The notes beneath the pieces were generated by a model, which worked only from the letters and a program-made list of their open reading frames with translations, had not been told where the DNA came from and did not search any database. Position numbers and translations under genes: made by a program. From Candidatus Dojkabacteria bacterium (GTDB lineage Bacteria > Patescibacteriota > Dojkabacteria > J137), in contig JAUZRK010000006.1 of the NCBI GenBank assembly GCA_030950485.1, positions 19,975-83,974 of the forward strand: a DNA stretch of 64,000 nt, written 5' to 3'. Shown in pieces: positions 29,925 through 39,096 of this stretch; the stretch's first letter is position 1; each line of letters opens with the position of its first letter.

Positions 29925-30290
29925 TCATAAGAATTTCTGTAAGATCCGTATAATAAAGCTAGTCGGCTTGTGCTCTAGAAGTCTAAATCTATCGAAATTT
30001 GGAATTGGCTCATTTGAGTATTCCATAGATATTTTTATTCCATTATATTTGAAATAAACTCGCCTAGTATCTATATTTCTAACCTTAGGTAAGTTACCGC
30101 TAGAAAATTCATTCCAAATTTTACTCAAATAGCTATTACTATTTACTAATACCATTAATTCTTTAAAGTATGGATCATCAAACATGAAATTCACTTCTTG
30201 ATAAGTTCTAGCAAACGCATGATAAAGTACTTCCTCTTCTTTATCCTTATCTACAAACTCATTAAATTTATGAGTTGGGTCTGTAATCAT
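29925..30290 (-). CDS. Hypothetical protein. It is in the same frame as the upstream HTH gene, separated by one TAA and 23 open codons.
   Basis: ORF of 121 aa. Junction read directly: ...FIDIS*GFKSIANITNEQSESWQGKLFPYMITDP... Confidence 0.4.
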   Translation of the reverse strand: MITDPTHKFNEFVDKDKEEEVLYHAFARTYQEVNFMFDDPYFKELMVLVNSNSYLSKIWNEFSSGNLPKVRNIDTRRVYFKYNGIKISMEYSNEPIPNFDRFRLLEHKPTSFIIRILQKFL

Positions 30291-30359
30291 ATATGGAAAT
30301 AATTTCCCTTGCCATGATTCAGATTGTTCATTGGTAATGTTAGCTATAGACTTAAAGCC

Positions 30360-30737
30360 TTATGATATATCAATAAATCTTGATCTATCATCTAAAATAT
30401 ATGCTAATATATTCTTCTTAGACATATAGTCTTTCATATATTCAACTACTTTTGATATTTCTTCAGTAGATGCCGGTTTAATAGTATCTCCAAATAAATA
30501 ATCTTTTTCTAATTTGTTTAGGTTTAATTCCTGCGTTATTTTTAATAATGATTCCTTGGATGGATTTGTAATCCCCTTTTCGATTCTACTAATGCTCCCG
30601 TGTGAAGCTTCAATGTTAACTTCAAGATCTAGCTGGGAAATACCAGCCCTTTTGCTAAAATATTTTATTCTTTGGCCAACAATGTCAGGATTCATCAACA
30701 GTAAAATTAACTCACCAATTTTACCATGTATCTGCAT
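30360..30737 (-). CDS. XRE-family helix-turn-helix transcriptional regulator.
   Basis: HTH segment FSKRAGISQLDLEVNIEASHGSISRIEKG. Confidence 0.55.
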   Translation of the reverse strand: MQIHGKIGELILLLMNPDIVGQRIKYFSKRAGISQLDLEVNIEASHGSISRIEKGITNPSKESLLKITQELNLNKLEKDYLFGDTIKPASTEEISKVVEYMKDYMSKKNILAYILDDRSRFIDIS

Positions 30738-30889
30738 AATTGCGTACTACTAGCAATGCTTTCAAAGCACTCTGTCAACTAAAACATGTAAAATTAATGA
30801 ATTATTAGGATTAGCTCAATTTAATTAACCTCTATAGATTTTGACTGAAACTTAATTGAAAGATATAATCCGCTAATTAAAAAATTTAT

Positions 30890-31279
30890 ATGGCCGATAA
30901 AGACAATAGAGATATGCTTGATGATATATATAAAGATGTAGAACAATCTCCAGCGGACCTGCTTTCAGCTAAAGCTAATGAATATATGGATAGACTAGCA
31001 ATAGAAGGAATAGAAGATATAGATGAGCAAAAATTCTACGTAGCTTATGGAATAATTAATCAAGATAAAGGAATTAGGGCTTTTAATCTGCTTTTCCCAG
31101 AAGACAAAATATTCACTACAGCCCCTAATCACGACATTAAAACTCTACCTAACAAGCTAGCTGAGAAAGGAATAATACTAGACGATCTTACTCAATTAAC
31201 AGATGATGCAATGGAAAATATACAGTACTTTGCAAGTATGTGTCAAGGATCTACTTCTGAAGAGTATATAAATCAATAA
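30890..31279 (+). CDS. Hypothetical acidic protein.
   Basis: 129-aa ORF. The next ORF (31337..31534) is in the same frame after a single TAA. Confidence 0.35.
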   Translation: MADKDNRDMLDDIYKDVEQSPADLLSAKANEYMDRLAIEGIEDIDEQKFYVAYGIINQDKGIRAFNLLFPEDKIFTTAPNHDIKTLPNKLAEKGIILDDLTQLTDDAMENIQYFASMCQGSTSEEYINQ

Positions 31280-31336
31280 GATGCTTTTATTGCGCAATAT
31301 GTTCCTGCCGAAGAAATAACTAGTCTTATCGATAAG

Positions 31337-31534
31337 TTGGAAGTAGTTCTAAGTGTTCCAGATCAACTTCTCTTGGATGATGATGTTGTTGCTAAGTATA
31401 GAACGAGACTAAATGACCTTAAGTCAAAGAAGGAAAATGAGCTTAATAATGCTTTAATTAGAAGTATTGGAGCTAGTCCTATTGAGTATGCAATAAAAAT
31501 GTACAAAGAAGACAAAAGCAAAGATAGCCAGTAG
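31337..31534 (+). CDS. Hypothetical small protein, possibly the C-terminal part of the preceding ORF.
   Basis: 65-aa ORF. The frame is open back to the TAA at 31277. Confidence 0.3.
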   Translation: MEVVLSVPDQLLLDDDVVAKYRTRLNDLKSKKENELNNALIRSIGASPIEYAIKMYKEDKSKDSQ

Positions 31535-31771
31535 TTCTTTCACTTTGGTTACAGTAAAATTAATGATATTTTATTTTAATTGTCAGTGTAGATTAATCTT
31601 GTTATAATTTCCAAGCGAATTAAAAGCGTTCTATAAAAATTTATAGCCCTATAGTATTCAATAGATTCAAAACGAGTGAAGCGAGTTTATGAAGATATTA
31701 ATACCGTAAACCATAGTTTTGTAGGACAAGACTTAGTTTCATATAAAAACTAAAGAAATTTAAAAACTCAT

Positions 31772-31843
31772 GGCCCTATAGTATAACGGTTAGTACGCCG
31801 GGTTTTCATCCCGGTAATCCGAGTTCGATTCTCGGTAGGGTCA
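31772..31843 (+). tRNA. tRNA-Glu (anticodon UUC), no encoded CCA.
   Basis: Cloverleaf folded by hand: acceptor GGCCCTA/TAGGGTC, D-arm GTAT/GTAC, anticodon stem CCGGG/CCCGG, loop TTTTCAT (U33, anticodon TTC, A37), T-arm CCGAG-TTCGATT-CTCGG, discriminator A. Confidence 0.85.
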
Positions 31844-31890
31844 TTTACACTTCAAGGACTTCCCTCCAACTTTTCGCTATAATTCAGTAT

Positions 31891-32406
31891 ATGAACATAC
31901 GAAAACTACATAAAAATGATTTCACAGAATACAAAAGAATAAAATTAGAATCTTTAAAAGAAGAACCTATTGCGTTTGATTCCTCTTACGAAGAACTTAA
32001 GATATGGAATGAAGAAAAATGGCAGAGTATATTCTCTGACTTTCTAAATGAAGATGAGTGTATTTTTTACCTAGCAGAAGAAGATAACCAAGTTGTAGCT
32101 TTTGCTTATATAGAATTGATAAAAAAGACGAAGAAGAATCATATAGCTTCATTTCCAACAATGTATGTAAATAATGATTACAGATCGCAAGGAATCGCAA
32201 GTATGTTATTAGAAAAGCTAATAGACGAAATTAGACACAACTTCAAGCAAATAATCAAAATACAATTATCTGTATACGCGCCACAAAAAGCTGCAATAAA
32301 TCTCTACAAGAAATTTGGTTTTGAAATATTTGGCGAATTTAAGAAAGAGCTACAATATCAAGATAAGTTTTATGACCAGATAGCCATGGAATTATTCCTA
32401 CATTAG
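31891..32406 (+). CDS. GNAT family N-acetyltransferase.
   Basis: 171 aa. Motif A region YRSQGIASMLLEKLI. Confidence 0.6.
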   Translation: MNIRKLHKNDFTEYKRIKLESLKEEPIAFDSSYEELKIWNEEKWQSIFSDFLNEDECIFYLAEEDNQVVAFAYIELIKKTKKNHIASFPTMYVNNDYRSQGIASMLLEKLIDEIRHNFKQIIKIQLSVYAPQKAAINLYKKFGFEIFGEFKKELQYQDKFYDQIAMELFLH

Positions 32407-32467
32407 TAGTTCATAGTATTAATTCTTCACCAAGTTTAATGATATAATTCTATAGTCAATAACACAT

Positions 32468-33853
32468 ATGGAAAATCTAAGAATAAACTATTCAAAATTT
32501 GTATTACCAAACGGAATAAAATGTATCTTGTATAACAGAGAAGAAATACACTCTGTAACAGTTAGAGTTAACGTAAACGTCGGAGCATTAGACGAAACAG
32601 CTACAACAACTGGCCTATCTCATTTTATAGAACACGTTGCCGCAGGAGACGGAACAAAAGATCTACCAACCTGGGAAGCACTAGATAAATTTAAAAATGA
32701 TCATTCAGGAAGCTCAAACGCTTATACTACTTACGATCATACTCAGTATTACGGAACATTTCCTTACCAATATTTAAAAGAAGCATTATTCTATTTTTCA
32801 CAGCAAGTACTACACCCACTAATTAGAACTGAAGACGTTGAAAAAGAACGAACAATAATTCTTGATGAAATGAGACGATATGACGATGATATTTATCATA
32901 ACGTCTATAAAAATATAAAAGAAAATAGATTTCAAAACAAAAAAACACAATTCAGCTACGACATAATTGGTACTAAAAAAAGATTAGCTGCTTACACTAG
33001 AGAGAATTTAAGAAATTTCTACGAAGACTATTATATTCCAGAAAACATAGAAGTATATATTGTTGGGAATATTGATGAAGAAGAAGCTAAAAAATACTTA
33101 GAGGAGTATTTTTATAAAGATATTAAAAATAGAAGGTCTGGTAGAAGTAAAGAAAGGGAATTTAAAGAAAAATACCCTGACTATTCAAAGTTCAATATAA
33201 GTGCTGTGCAAAAGCTTGATATAGATCAGTATTATCTATCTATTAATTTCCCATCTCCTGAATTTTCTCTTAGAAAAGCAGAAGATAGATTTAGAGTAGA
33301 TTTTCTAGCTGCAATAACTGCTTCTGGACAATACTCTCAATCAGTTTTATGGAAGAAATTAAGAGAAGAGCTTAACCTAGTTTATGGAATAAGTGCGTTT
33401 ACTTACGACTATCTCTATTCTAGAAATTTCTTTACTATTTTTACTTCATTTAATAAAGAGAATCTAAGTACGATACTTAAAGAGGTGTATAACGGAGTTA
33501 ATCAAATAAAATACGGAAAGATAACAGAAAGCATATTTAAATCTAGGCAAAAGAAACTAATAGATACTCAACTAATGCAATTAGATAAGCCTGCAAACGT
33601 CTTAAACTGGATTACAAGTAGTGAAGATGAACTAGAAGCCCATGAAAAAGAAATTACCATTCCATATTTCTTAAATTATATTGAAAACGAAACTTTTGAA
33701 AATATTATAGAAATCGGTAAGGAAATATTTGATTGGTCTAAAGTTAATATTGGATTAGTTTCAAAAGATAGTAAAAAAGATGCTGAATTATTATTACGAT
33801 CTGAATGGGAGAAAATTGCACTAGCAGAAGACCAGATTAAACTGATTAAATAA
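32468..33853 (+). CDS. M16 family (pitrilysin/insulinase-like) zinc peptidase.
   Basis: Inverted zinc motif HFIEH (HxxEH). 461 aa. Confidence 0.7.
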   Translation: MENLRINYSKFVLPNGIKCILYNREEIHSVTVRVNVNVGALDETATTTGLSHFIEHVAAGDGTKDLPTWEALDKFKNDHSGSSNAYTTYDHTQYYGTFPYQYLKEALFYFSQQVLHPLIRTEDVEKERTIILDEMRRYDDDIYHNVYKNIKENRFQNKKTQFSYDIIGTKKRLAAYTRENLRNFYEDYYIPENIEVYIVGNIDEEEAKKYLEEYFYKDIKNRRSGRSKEREFKEKYPDYSKFNISAVQKLDIDQYYLSINFPSPEFSLRKAEDRFRVDFLAAITASGQYSQSVLWKKLREELNLVYGISAFTYDYLYSRNFFTIFTSFNKENLSTILKEVYNGVNQIKYGKITESIFKSRQKKLIDTQLMQLDKPANVLNWITSSEDELEAHEKEITIPYFLNYIENETFENIIEIGKEIFDWSKVNIGLVSKDSKKDAELLLRSEWEKIALAEDQIKLIK

Positions 33854-33870
33854 TTGGTAATTAGAAAGAA

Positions 33871-34131
33871 ATGACTCAAGAAAGCAATAATAAAAAAAAG
33901 AGCGGCGCTATACGGATTGATCCAAAAATGAATCTTGCAGATTTAATGGATACGTATCCAGAAATTGTTGATGTCTTAGCTGAAGAATTTGAGATTTATT
34001 GTGCTATGTGTCCTATGTATGAATATGATAATCTTGAAGAAGCTTCTAGTTATCATGATATTGAAAATGAACATTTTCTAGAGATGATTGAGTACTTAGA
34101 AGATATTATTAATAAAGAGAGAAATAAATAG
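33871..34131 (+). CDS. DUF1858-type small redox-disulfide protein.
   Basis: IDPKMNLADLMDTYPEIVDVLAEEF...CAMCPM...LEEA pattern of DUF1858. Confidence 0.5.
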   Translation: MTQESNNKKKSGAIRIDPKMNLADLMDTYPEIVDVLAEEFEIYCAMCPMYEYDNLEEASSYHDIENEHFLEMIEYLEDIINKERNK

Positions 34132-34809
34132 ATGTATTTAAAAACAGATACAAAAACAATAGATTTTGATAATCAAGAAGAAGTAAGCAAAGCTTATCAA
34201 GAAGGATATCTTCTAACTAGGCTGGGAAAAGAGAGGGGAGTAGTTAATCAAACTAGATCTATAAGAATAAATCTAGAAAATTTTGAATTTACATCTGAGA
34301 ATAGAAGGGTTTTAAGAAAGACTGAAGATTTAGAGCTACATTTATATGAGTTACCATATAAAAATTATAGCTGGGAGATACATAAAATGGGTAAGGACTT
34401 TTATGATTTTGTTTCAGGAGCTGGAACTATGAGCGCATCTAAGATAAAGAGCATGTTTACAAAACCAGAAATAGAAAACCCAAGCTATGTTTTTGTTTAT
34501 AAGAAAGGAGACGAAGTAGTAGGTTATTGTTTAAGTTACATTAATGATTCGATAGTTCATTACTCTTATCCATTTTATAACTTAGATTTAAGAGATAAGA
34601 ATTTAGGAATGGGAATGATATTAAAAGCACTTGAATCCTCAATTGATAATAAAAAGAAGTACTTTTATTTGGGGTCTATTACAACAGAGAAAGCTAAGTA
34701 TAAACTGCAGTTTAAGAACCTAGAGTGGTTTGATACAGAAATAAAGGAGTGGAGTTCGGATATAGATGATTTAAAAAGAATTATCTCAGCAAATTCAATT
34801 GGACACTGA
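34132..34809 (+). CDS. Arginyl-tRNA-protein transferase C-terminal-domain-like (Bpt/ATE family) aminoacyl-tRNA-dependent transferase.
   Basis: NRRVLRKTEDLEL and ...SYPFYNLDLRDKNLGMGMILKALESSIDNKKKYFYLG resemble Bpt/ATE_C conserved blocks. TAG-ATG junction with the upstream gene. Confidence 0.4.
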   Translation: MYLKTDTKTIDFDNQEEVSKAYQEGYLLTRLGKERGVVNQTRSIRINLENFEFTSENRRVLRKTEDLELHLYELPYKNYSWEIHKMGKDFYDFVSGAGTMSASKIKSMFTKPEIENPSYVFVYKKGDEVVGYCLSYINDSIVHYSYPFYNLDLRDKNLGMGMILKALESSIDNKKKYFYLGSITTEKAKYKLQFKNLEWFDTEIKEWSSDIDDLKRIISANSIGH

Positions 34810-34894
34810 TTAGACTGATCTAACAGATTCACACTGATTATAAACGTATCTGTTTTACTATCGTATTACGACTGCATTACTATTGTGCTCCCTT

Positions 34895-36127
34895 CTAATC
34901 TTCACTTATATTATCACTGTAATACCTCATATACACCTCAAAAGTAGTTACCAATATAATTATAACTATTGGACCGTATATAAATCCTAGAACTCCAAAT
35001 AGTTGTAGTCCACCTAAAATACTTAAAAGTACTAAGGTTGGATTAATTTCTGCATCTTTTGGGACAAGTCTAGGCCTAAGAACCGTATCTACTTGTCCTA
35101 CTATAAATATATTTGTTAGAACTAGCATCAAAGCACCTGCTGTATTTCCAGTTAAGAATAATACTAAAGAAATTGGGAATACTACAATTCCTGATCCGAT
35201 AGGAATAATAGAGAATATTGTAGCTAGCATAGACCAGAAGAATACATAATCAACTCCAGCTATATATAAAAATATTCCTGTTATTGAACCTTGTAGAAAA
35301 GCTATTATAAATGTACCCTTTATCATTGCAACTCCCATATCTGTAATCCTTTTAATATAACTTTCATCAATCTCATCAGCAAGTGGGCTAATCTTCTTGT
35401 AGAATGTCTCAATTCTACTATGCGATGGGAATAGTGCTAATAATAGGACAACAAAGACTATGGCATTTGTAACTATTTTAACTGTTGAACCTCCGAGCTC
35501 TAAAGCTCTGTCTGCTAGAAAAGCAGTTATCGGTTTAATTATATCGTTTACAAAATTTTCTAATTCATCTCTCGTTACTTCTTTACTCTCTGTAAAAGGG
35601 AACTTATCAATAGTTTTGTTTATAGTTTTCAACAAATCAGTAACATCAATATTACCTATAGTATTAGGATCTACTTCTTCAACATTTCCCTCACCGTTAA
35701 CTTTAAATAAAGTATCTACCGCACCAGAATCGCTCGTATTATTTAATCTTTCTTGTATTTCTATAATTGCAGATTTAGTCTCCTCAACAGGCTTTTCTTC
35801 AACTCTATTCGCAGCAACAAATCCTTGTATGTCGTCATTAAATGCTAATACCTGGTTATACGTTAGATAAGATATAAAGATTATTGGTATTAAAATACTT
35901 AAGAACATGAAGAAAACCGCTAAAGGACTAGCAATTCCATTAAATCTAAATACTTTAAGTAATCTTCTATATATAGGTGAATAAAGTGCTGTTAATAAGA
36001 ATGCTAAAACAGCTAATGAAAGATATGGTTGTAACACGTAAAATGATGCTATTAGAACTATTCCAAATAGACCAAAAAAGAAGGTCGTATTTTGTTTTGT
36101 ATGCATTTCTTTCATTCTAGATTTCAT
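34895..36127 (-). CDS. AI-2E family transporter (UPF0118 permease).
   Basis: 410 aa. 8 TM with a central hydrophilic insert, typical of the AI-2E/PerM family. Confidence 0.6.
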   Translation of the reverse strand: MKSRMKEMHTKQNTTFFFGLFGIVLIASFYVLQPYLSLAVLAFLLTALYSPIYRRLLKVFRFNGIASPLAVFFMFLSILIPIIFISYLTYNQVLAFNDDIQGFVAANRVEEKPVEETKSAIIEIQERLNNTSDSGAVDTLFKVNGEGNVEEVDPNTIGNIDVTDLLKTINKTIDKFPFTESKEVTRDELENFVNDIIKPITAFLADRALELGGSTVKIVTNAIVFVVLLLALFPSHSRIETFYKKISPLADEIDESYIKRITDMGVAMIKGTFIIAFLQGSITGIFLYIAGVDYVFFWSMLATIFSIIPIGSGIVVFPISLVLFLTGNTAGALMLVLTNIFIVGQVDTVLRPRLVPKDAEINPTLVLLSILGGLQLFGVLGFIYGPIVIIILVTTFEVYMRYYSDNISED

Positions 36128-36348
36128 TACGCTAAGTATAAAGGAAAATGGTAAAAGTTAGAAGCAAAAAGTTATAAGTCAAATATTATCTCTCGCTACA
36201 CTCGATTCTTAAATTATTTTGACTTTAGACTTCTAACTTTCTTCTCATTAGAATAATTTAATTCGGTATAGTATACTTCAATAGCTTCAAATGAATGTAA
36301 AAAGCAACATAAGTTTGAACACAATATAAATTTTGAATAATACGTTAT

Positions 36349-36909
36349 ATGGCTACAACAGAAGTAAAGAGAGGAATGGTAATAAATTATAATAATGAGC
36401 CAACCTTAGTCTTAGAAAAGGAATTTTTCAAACCTGGAAAAGGAGGTGCTTTTAATAGAACAAAATTAAAAGGACTAATTTCTGGAAGAATAGTAAATGT
36501 AACTTTTAGATCTGGAGAGACTTTAGATGATGTTGAAGTAGAAAATCAGACTGTACAGTTCTCATACATTGATGGGGATATGGCTCATTTTATGAATGGA
36601 GATACTTTTGAAATGTTCGCTGTTGAATTAGACAATATTGACGGAGGTAAAGACTACTTAATTGAAGAAGGTAAATATATAGCAATGTTTTATGAAGGTA
36701 AAGCAATCTCGCTTCAACTTCCTGCTAAATTAGAATTAACAGTAACTCAAACAGCAGATGGAGGAGATAAAGGAAATACAAGTGGAAATCCTACAAAAGA
36801 GGCTGTATTAGAAACAGGAAAAGTTGTAAAAGTACCTTTATTTATTAAACAAGGAGAGAAAATAGTTGTAAATACAGATACTGGAGATTACGGAGGAAAA
36901 GTTAATTAA
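36349..36909 (+). CDS. efp: Translation elongation factor P.
   Basis: 186 aa. Conserved loop FKPGKGGAF with Lys at the EpmA-modified position. Confidence 0.9.
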   Translation: MATTEVKRGMVINYNNEPTLVLEKEFFKPGKGGAFNRTKLKGLISGRIVNVTFRSGETLDDVEVENQTVQFSYIDGDMAHFMNGDTFEMFAVELDNIDGGKDYLIEEGKYIAMFYEGKAISLQLPAKLELTVTQTADGGDKGNTSGNPTKEAVLETGKVVKVPLFIKQGEKIVVNTDTGDYGGKVN

Positions 36910-36928
36910 GTAGCTTCAAACATATATT

Positions 36929-36958
36929 AACAGGCGGTAATTTTAATTACCGCCTGTT
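36929..36958 (+). other. 14-bp perfect hairpin (AACAGGCGGTAATT/AATTACCGCCTGTT) between efp and epmA, with no U-tract.
   Basis: Read directly. It could be an attenuator or processing element rather than a full terminator. Confidence 0.6.
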
Positions 36959-36969
36959 ATAATTTATAT

Positions 36970-38028
36970 ATGAAATCATTTCAAAATCTTAAAGAAAATC
37001 CAGAGTTTTTTGAAAGATACTTTATAAAGGAGTATATGATACAGGCTATCAGAAAATTCTTCGAGGCGAAAAATTACCATGAACTAGAGAGTCCAATATT
37101 AGCTGATGCACTTCCACAGGAGAGATATCTCAATGTATTATCTACAGAAATACAGTTACAAAATGGAACAAAAAAAACAGCGTACTTAATACCTTCAACA
37201 GAAACTTGGAATAAAAAAATTTTAGCTGCAGGACTTGGCAATCATTTTACTATTACAAAAGTTTTCAGAGGTCTTGAAGAAATAAGCCCTAATCATGCGC
37301 CTGAGTTTACAATGCTAGAGTGGTATGAATTGGATCATAACTATCATGATTTAATGGACTCTACAGAAGAATTAATAAAATCTATAATTGAATATATAAA
37401 TTCCAAGAAATTAAATCATTATAGATACGATGATGGCACAGTTTTATATAATGATACAAAAATTAAATTTTTTGAAAAATGGCAAAGAAAATCAGTTAGA
37501 GAATTATTCAAAGAGAATCTAGATACTAATCTTGAAGATATTATTAGTTTAGATGGTGTAAAAATCTTAGCCGAAAAACTTAATGTTAAAATTTTGGATA
37601 ATGATGACTGGCATACAATTTTCGATATTATATTTTCTGAATTTATAGAGACTAAATTCCCAGAAGATATTCCGATCTTTGTTTATGATTACCCTAAAAT
37701 AATGTGTCCTCTAACTAAGCCTAGTGAAACTGATCCTCTAGTCTCTCAAAAAGTAGAATTATATATTGCAAGAAAAGAAATAGCTAATGGGTATACTGAG
37801 CTTTTAGATGCGGATTTACAAAAAGAGAACTTTGATAGAGAGCAGAAGGCTAGAGCAGAGCTAGGTAGGCCCGAAATAAAATACGACAATGATCTTATAG
37901 ATGCATTAAGCCTTGGTATCCCAAAAGTAGCTGGAATAGGAATGGGTCTTGATAGATTGGCAATGATACTTGCAAATGCTAAATCAATTTCAGATATTAA
38001 CTTTTTTCCTGCAAGCGAATGGAATTAA
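36970..38028 (+). CDS. epmA: EF-P--(R)-beta-lysine ligase EpmA (PoxA/GenX); a truncated class-II LysRS paralogue lacking the anticodon-binding domain.
   Basis: 352 aa. Class-II motif 2 NHAPEFTMLEWY. Length and adjacency to efp (Lys-type loop) support EpmA over a bona fide aaRS. Confidence 0.7.
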   Translation: MKSFQNLKENPEFFERYFIKEYMIQAIRKFFEAKNYHELESPILADALPQERYLNVLSTEIQLQNGTKKTAYLIPSTETWNKKILAAGLGNHFTITKVFRGLEEISPNHAPEFTMLEWYELDHNYHDLMDSTEELIKSIIEYINSKKLNHYRYDDGTVLYNDTKIKFFEKWQRKSVRELFKENLDTNLEDIISLDGVKILAEKLNVKILDNDDWHTIFDIIFSEFIETKFPEDIPIFVYDYPKIMCPLTKPSETDPLVSQKVELYIARKEIANGYTELLDADLQKENFDREQKARAELGRPEIKYDNDLIDALSLGIPKVAGIGMGLDRLAMILANAKSISDINFFPASEWN

Positions 38029-38771
38029 TTCAATCTGCAAACAAATCAAATGCAAAATTCTATGACATTGCTTACTCTCTAGTTAAAGGTGAGGATGTTA
38101 CTTCACAGGAGATTAAACTAATTGAGTCTTTAATCAAAGACAAAGACTCAAGAATACTTGATGTTGGTGCTGGGACAGGAAGACATTTATTTCCACTTAT
38201 TAATTCAGGTTATAAAGTAGACGCGATAGAAGAATCTATTGAAATGATTAATGAGATAAAACGTAAGACGAATAAATTTAATGATATAAAAGTTTTTAAT
38301 TGGTCATTTCTTGAAAAAAATAATCAGGTTAAAGAAAAATATGATTTAATTGTGTTGATGTGGAATGCTATTTTTGAAATAGCACATATAAAATATGAAC
38401 TTACAGAACTATTTAAAAAATTAAAATCTCTATTGGCTGTGGGTGGTAAGATCTTAATCAACATTGATGATCTAAGAAATATTGATCCAGCTATGACAGG
38501 TCATGTGCTTATTAAAGAAGAAAATGGGAAAAAGTATGAGATGAACTGGAAAGTTCTAAATTATAATCAAGAAACCAAATTGTTGGAGTCACTAGAATCA
38601 TTTAGTGTAGTTGATTTAAAAACTCAAAAAGTATTGCAAACATCTAAAGGTTCTATTTATCAGACTTGGTGGGGGTTAGATGATATACAAGAGGAGGCTG
38701 ATGAGATAGGGCTTAGTATTAGTGTCAGAAGTATAAGTTTAAATGAGGAACTTTATTTAGTTCTTAGGTAA
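38019..38771 (+). CDS. Class I SAM-dependent methyltransferase.
   Basis: ILDVGAGTGRH motif I. Overlaps the epmA stop (ATGGAATTAA). Confidence 0.6.
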   Translation: MELIQSANKSNAKFYDIAYSLVKGEDVTSQEIKLIESLIKDKDSRILDVGAGTGRHLFPLINSGYKVDAIEESIEMINEIKRKTNKFNDIKVFNWSFLEKNNQVKEKYDLIVLMWNAIFEIAHIKYELTELFKKLKSLLAVGGKILINIDDLRNIDPAMTGHVLIKEENGKKYEMNWKVLNYNQETKLLESLESFSVVDLKTQKVLQTSKGSIYQTWWGLDDIQEEADEIGLSISVRSISLNEELYLVLR

Positions 38772-38839
38772 TTTGCTATGAGTTGTAGTTTTTTTAGGTT
38801 GTAGTTCGTAGTAAGTAGGTTATTTAACCGCTATTTTCA

Positions 38840-39095
38840 CATTTCTCCTCTTTCTTACCTCATTTCCTAGCTGTCCCGCATCTCGATACATTTTTCTCGC
38901 CCCCCTCGAAAAACACTCGATGCTCCACTTTGATTATTACATTTTCCAATTCCCACCCTCATTTCTACTTTTTACTTTTTACTATGCATTTTCATTGTGC
39001 ATTTTGCATCTCACATTTGACTTCTTACTTTTTACTTTTCTTACTTCTTAAATCTTATGTCTTATCTCTTATGCCTTACGTCTTACCTCTTCATT
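38840..39095. repeat. Strand-asymmetric CT-rich low-complexity tract. Its 3' part (38990-39090) is a degenerate GTAAGAA-type heptamer array on the minus strand.
   Basis: The plus strand is almost devoid of G. The minus strand reads ggtaaga cgtaagg cataaga gataaga cataaga tttaaga agtaaga aaagtaaaaagtaagaagt, starting ~10 nt after the minus-strand kinase stop. Confidence 0.7.
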
Positions 39096-39096
39096 T

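Noticed and set aside
31535-31770. Possible integrase/att site or ncRNA next to tRNA-Glu.
   Set aside because: There is no integrase, no direct repeat of the tRNA 3' end, and no convincing conserved RNA structure in the 236-bp spacer. The flanking genes are ordinary small hypotheticals and housekeeping genes.
33871-34809. The DUF1858 gene and the Bpt/ATE-like gene share a frame with a TAG-ATG junction. Possible readthrough fusion.
   Set aside because: The two parts are unrelated standalone domain families. A stop immediately followed by ATG is the normal translational-coupling arrangement, and there are no open spacer codons between them.
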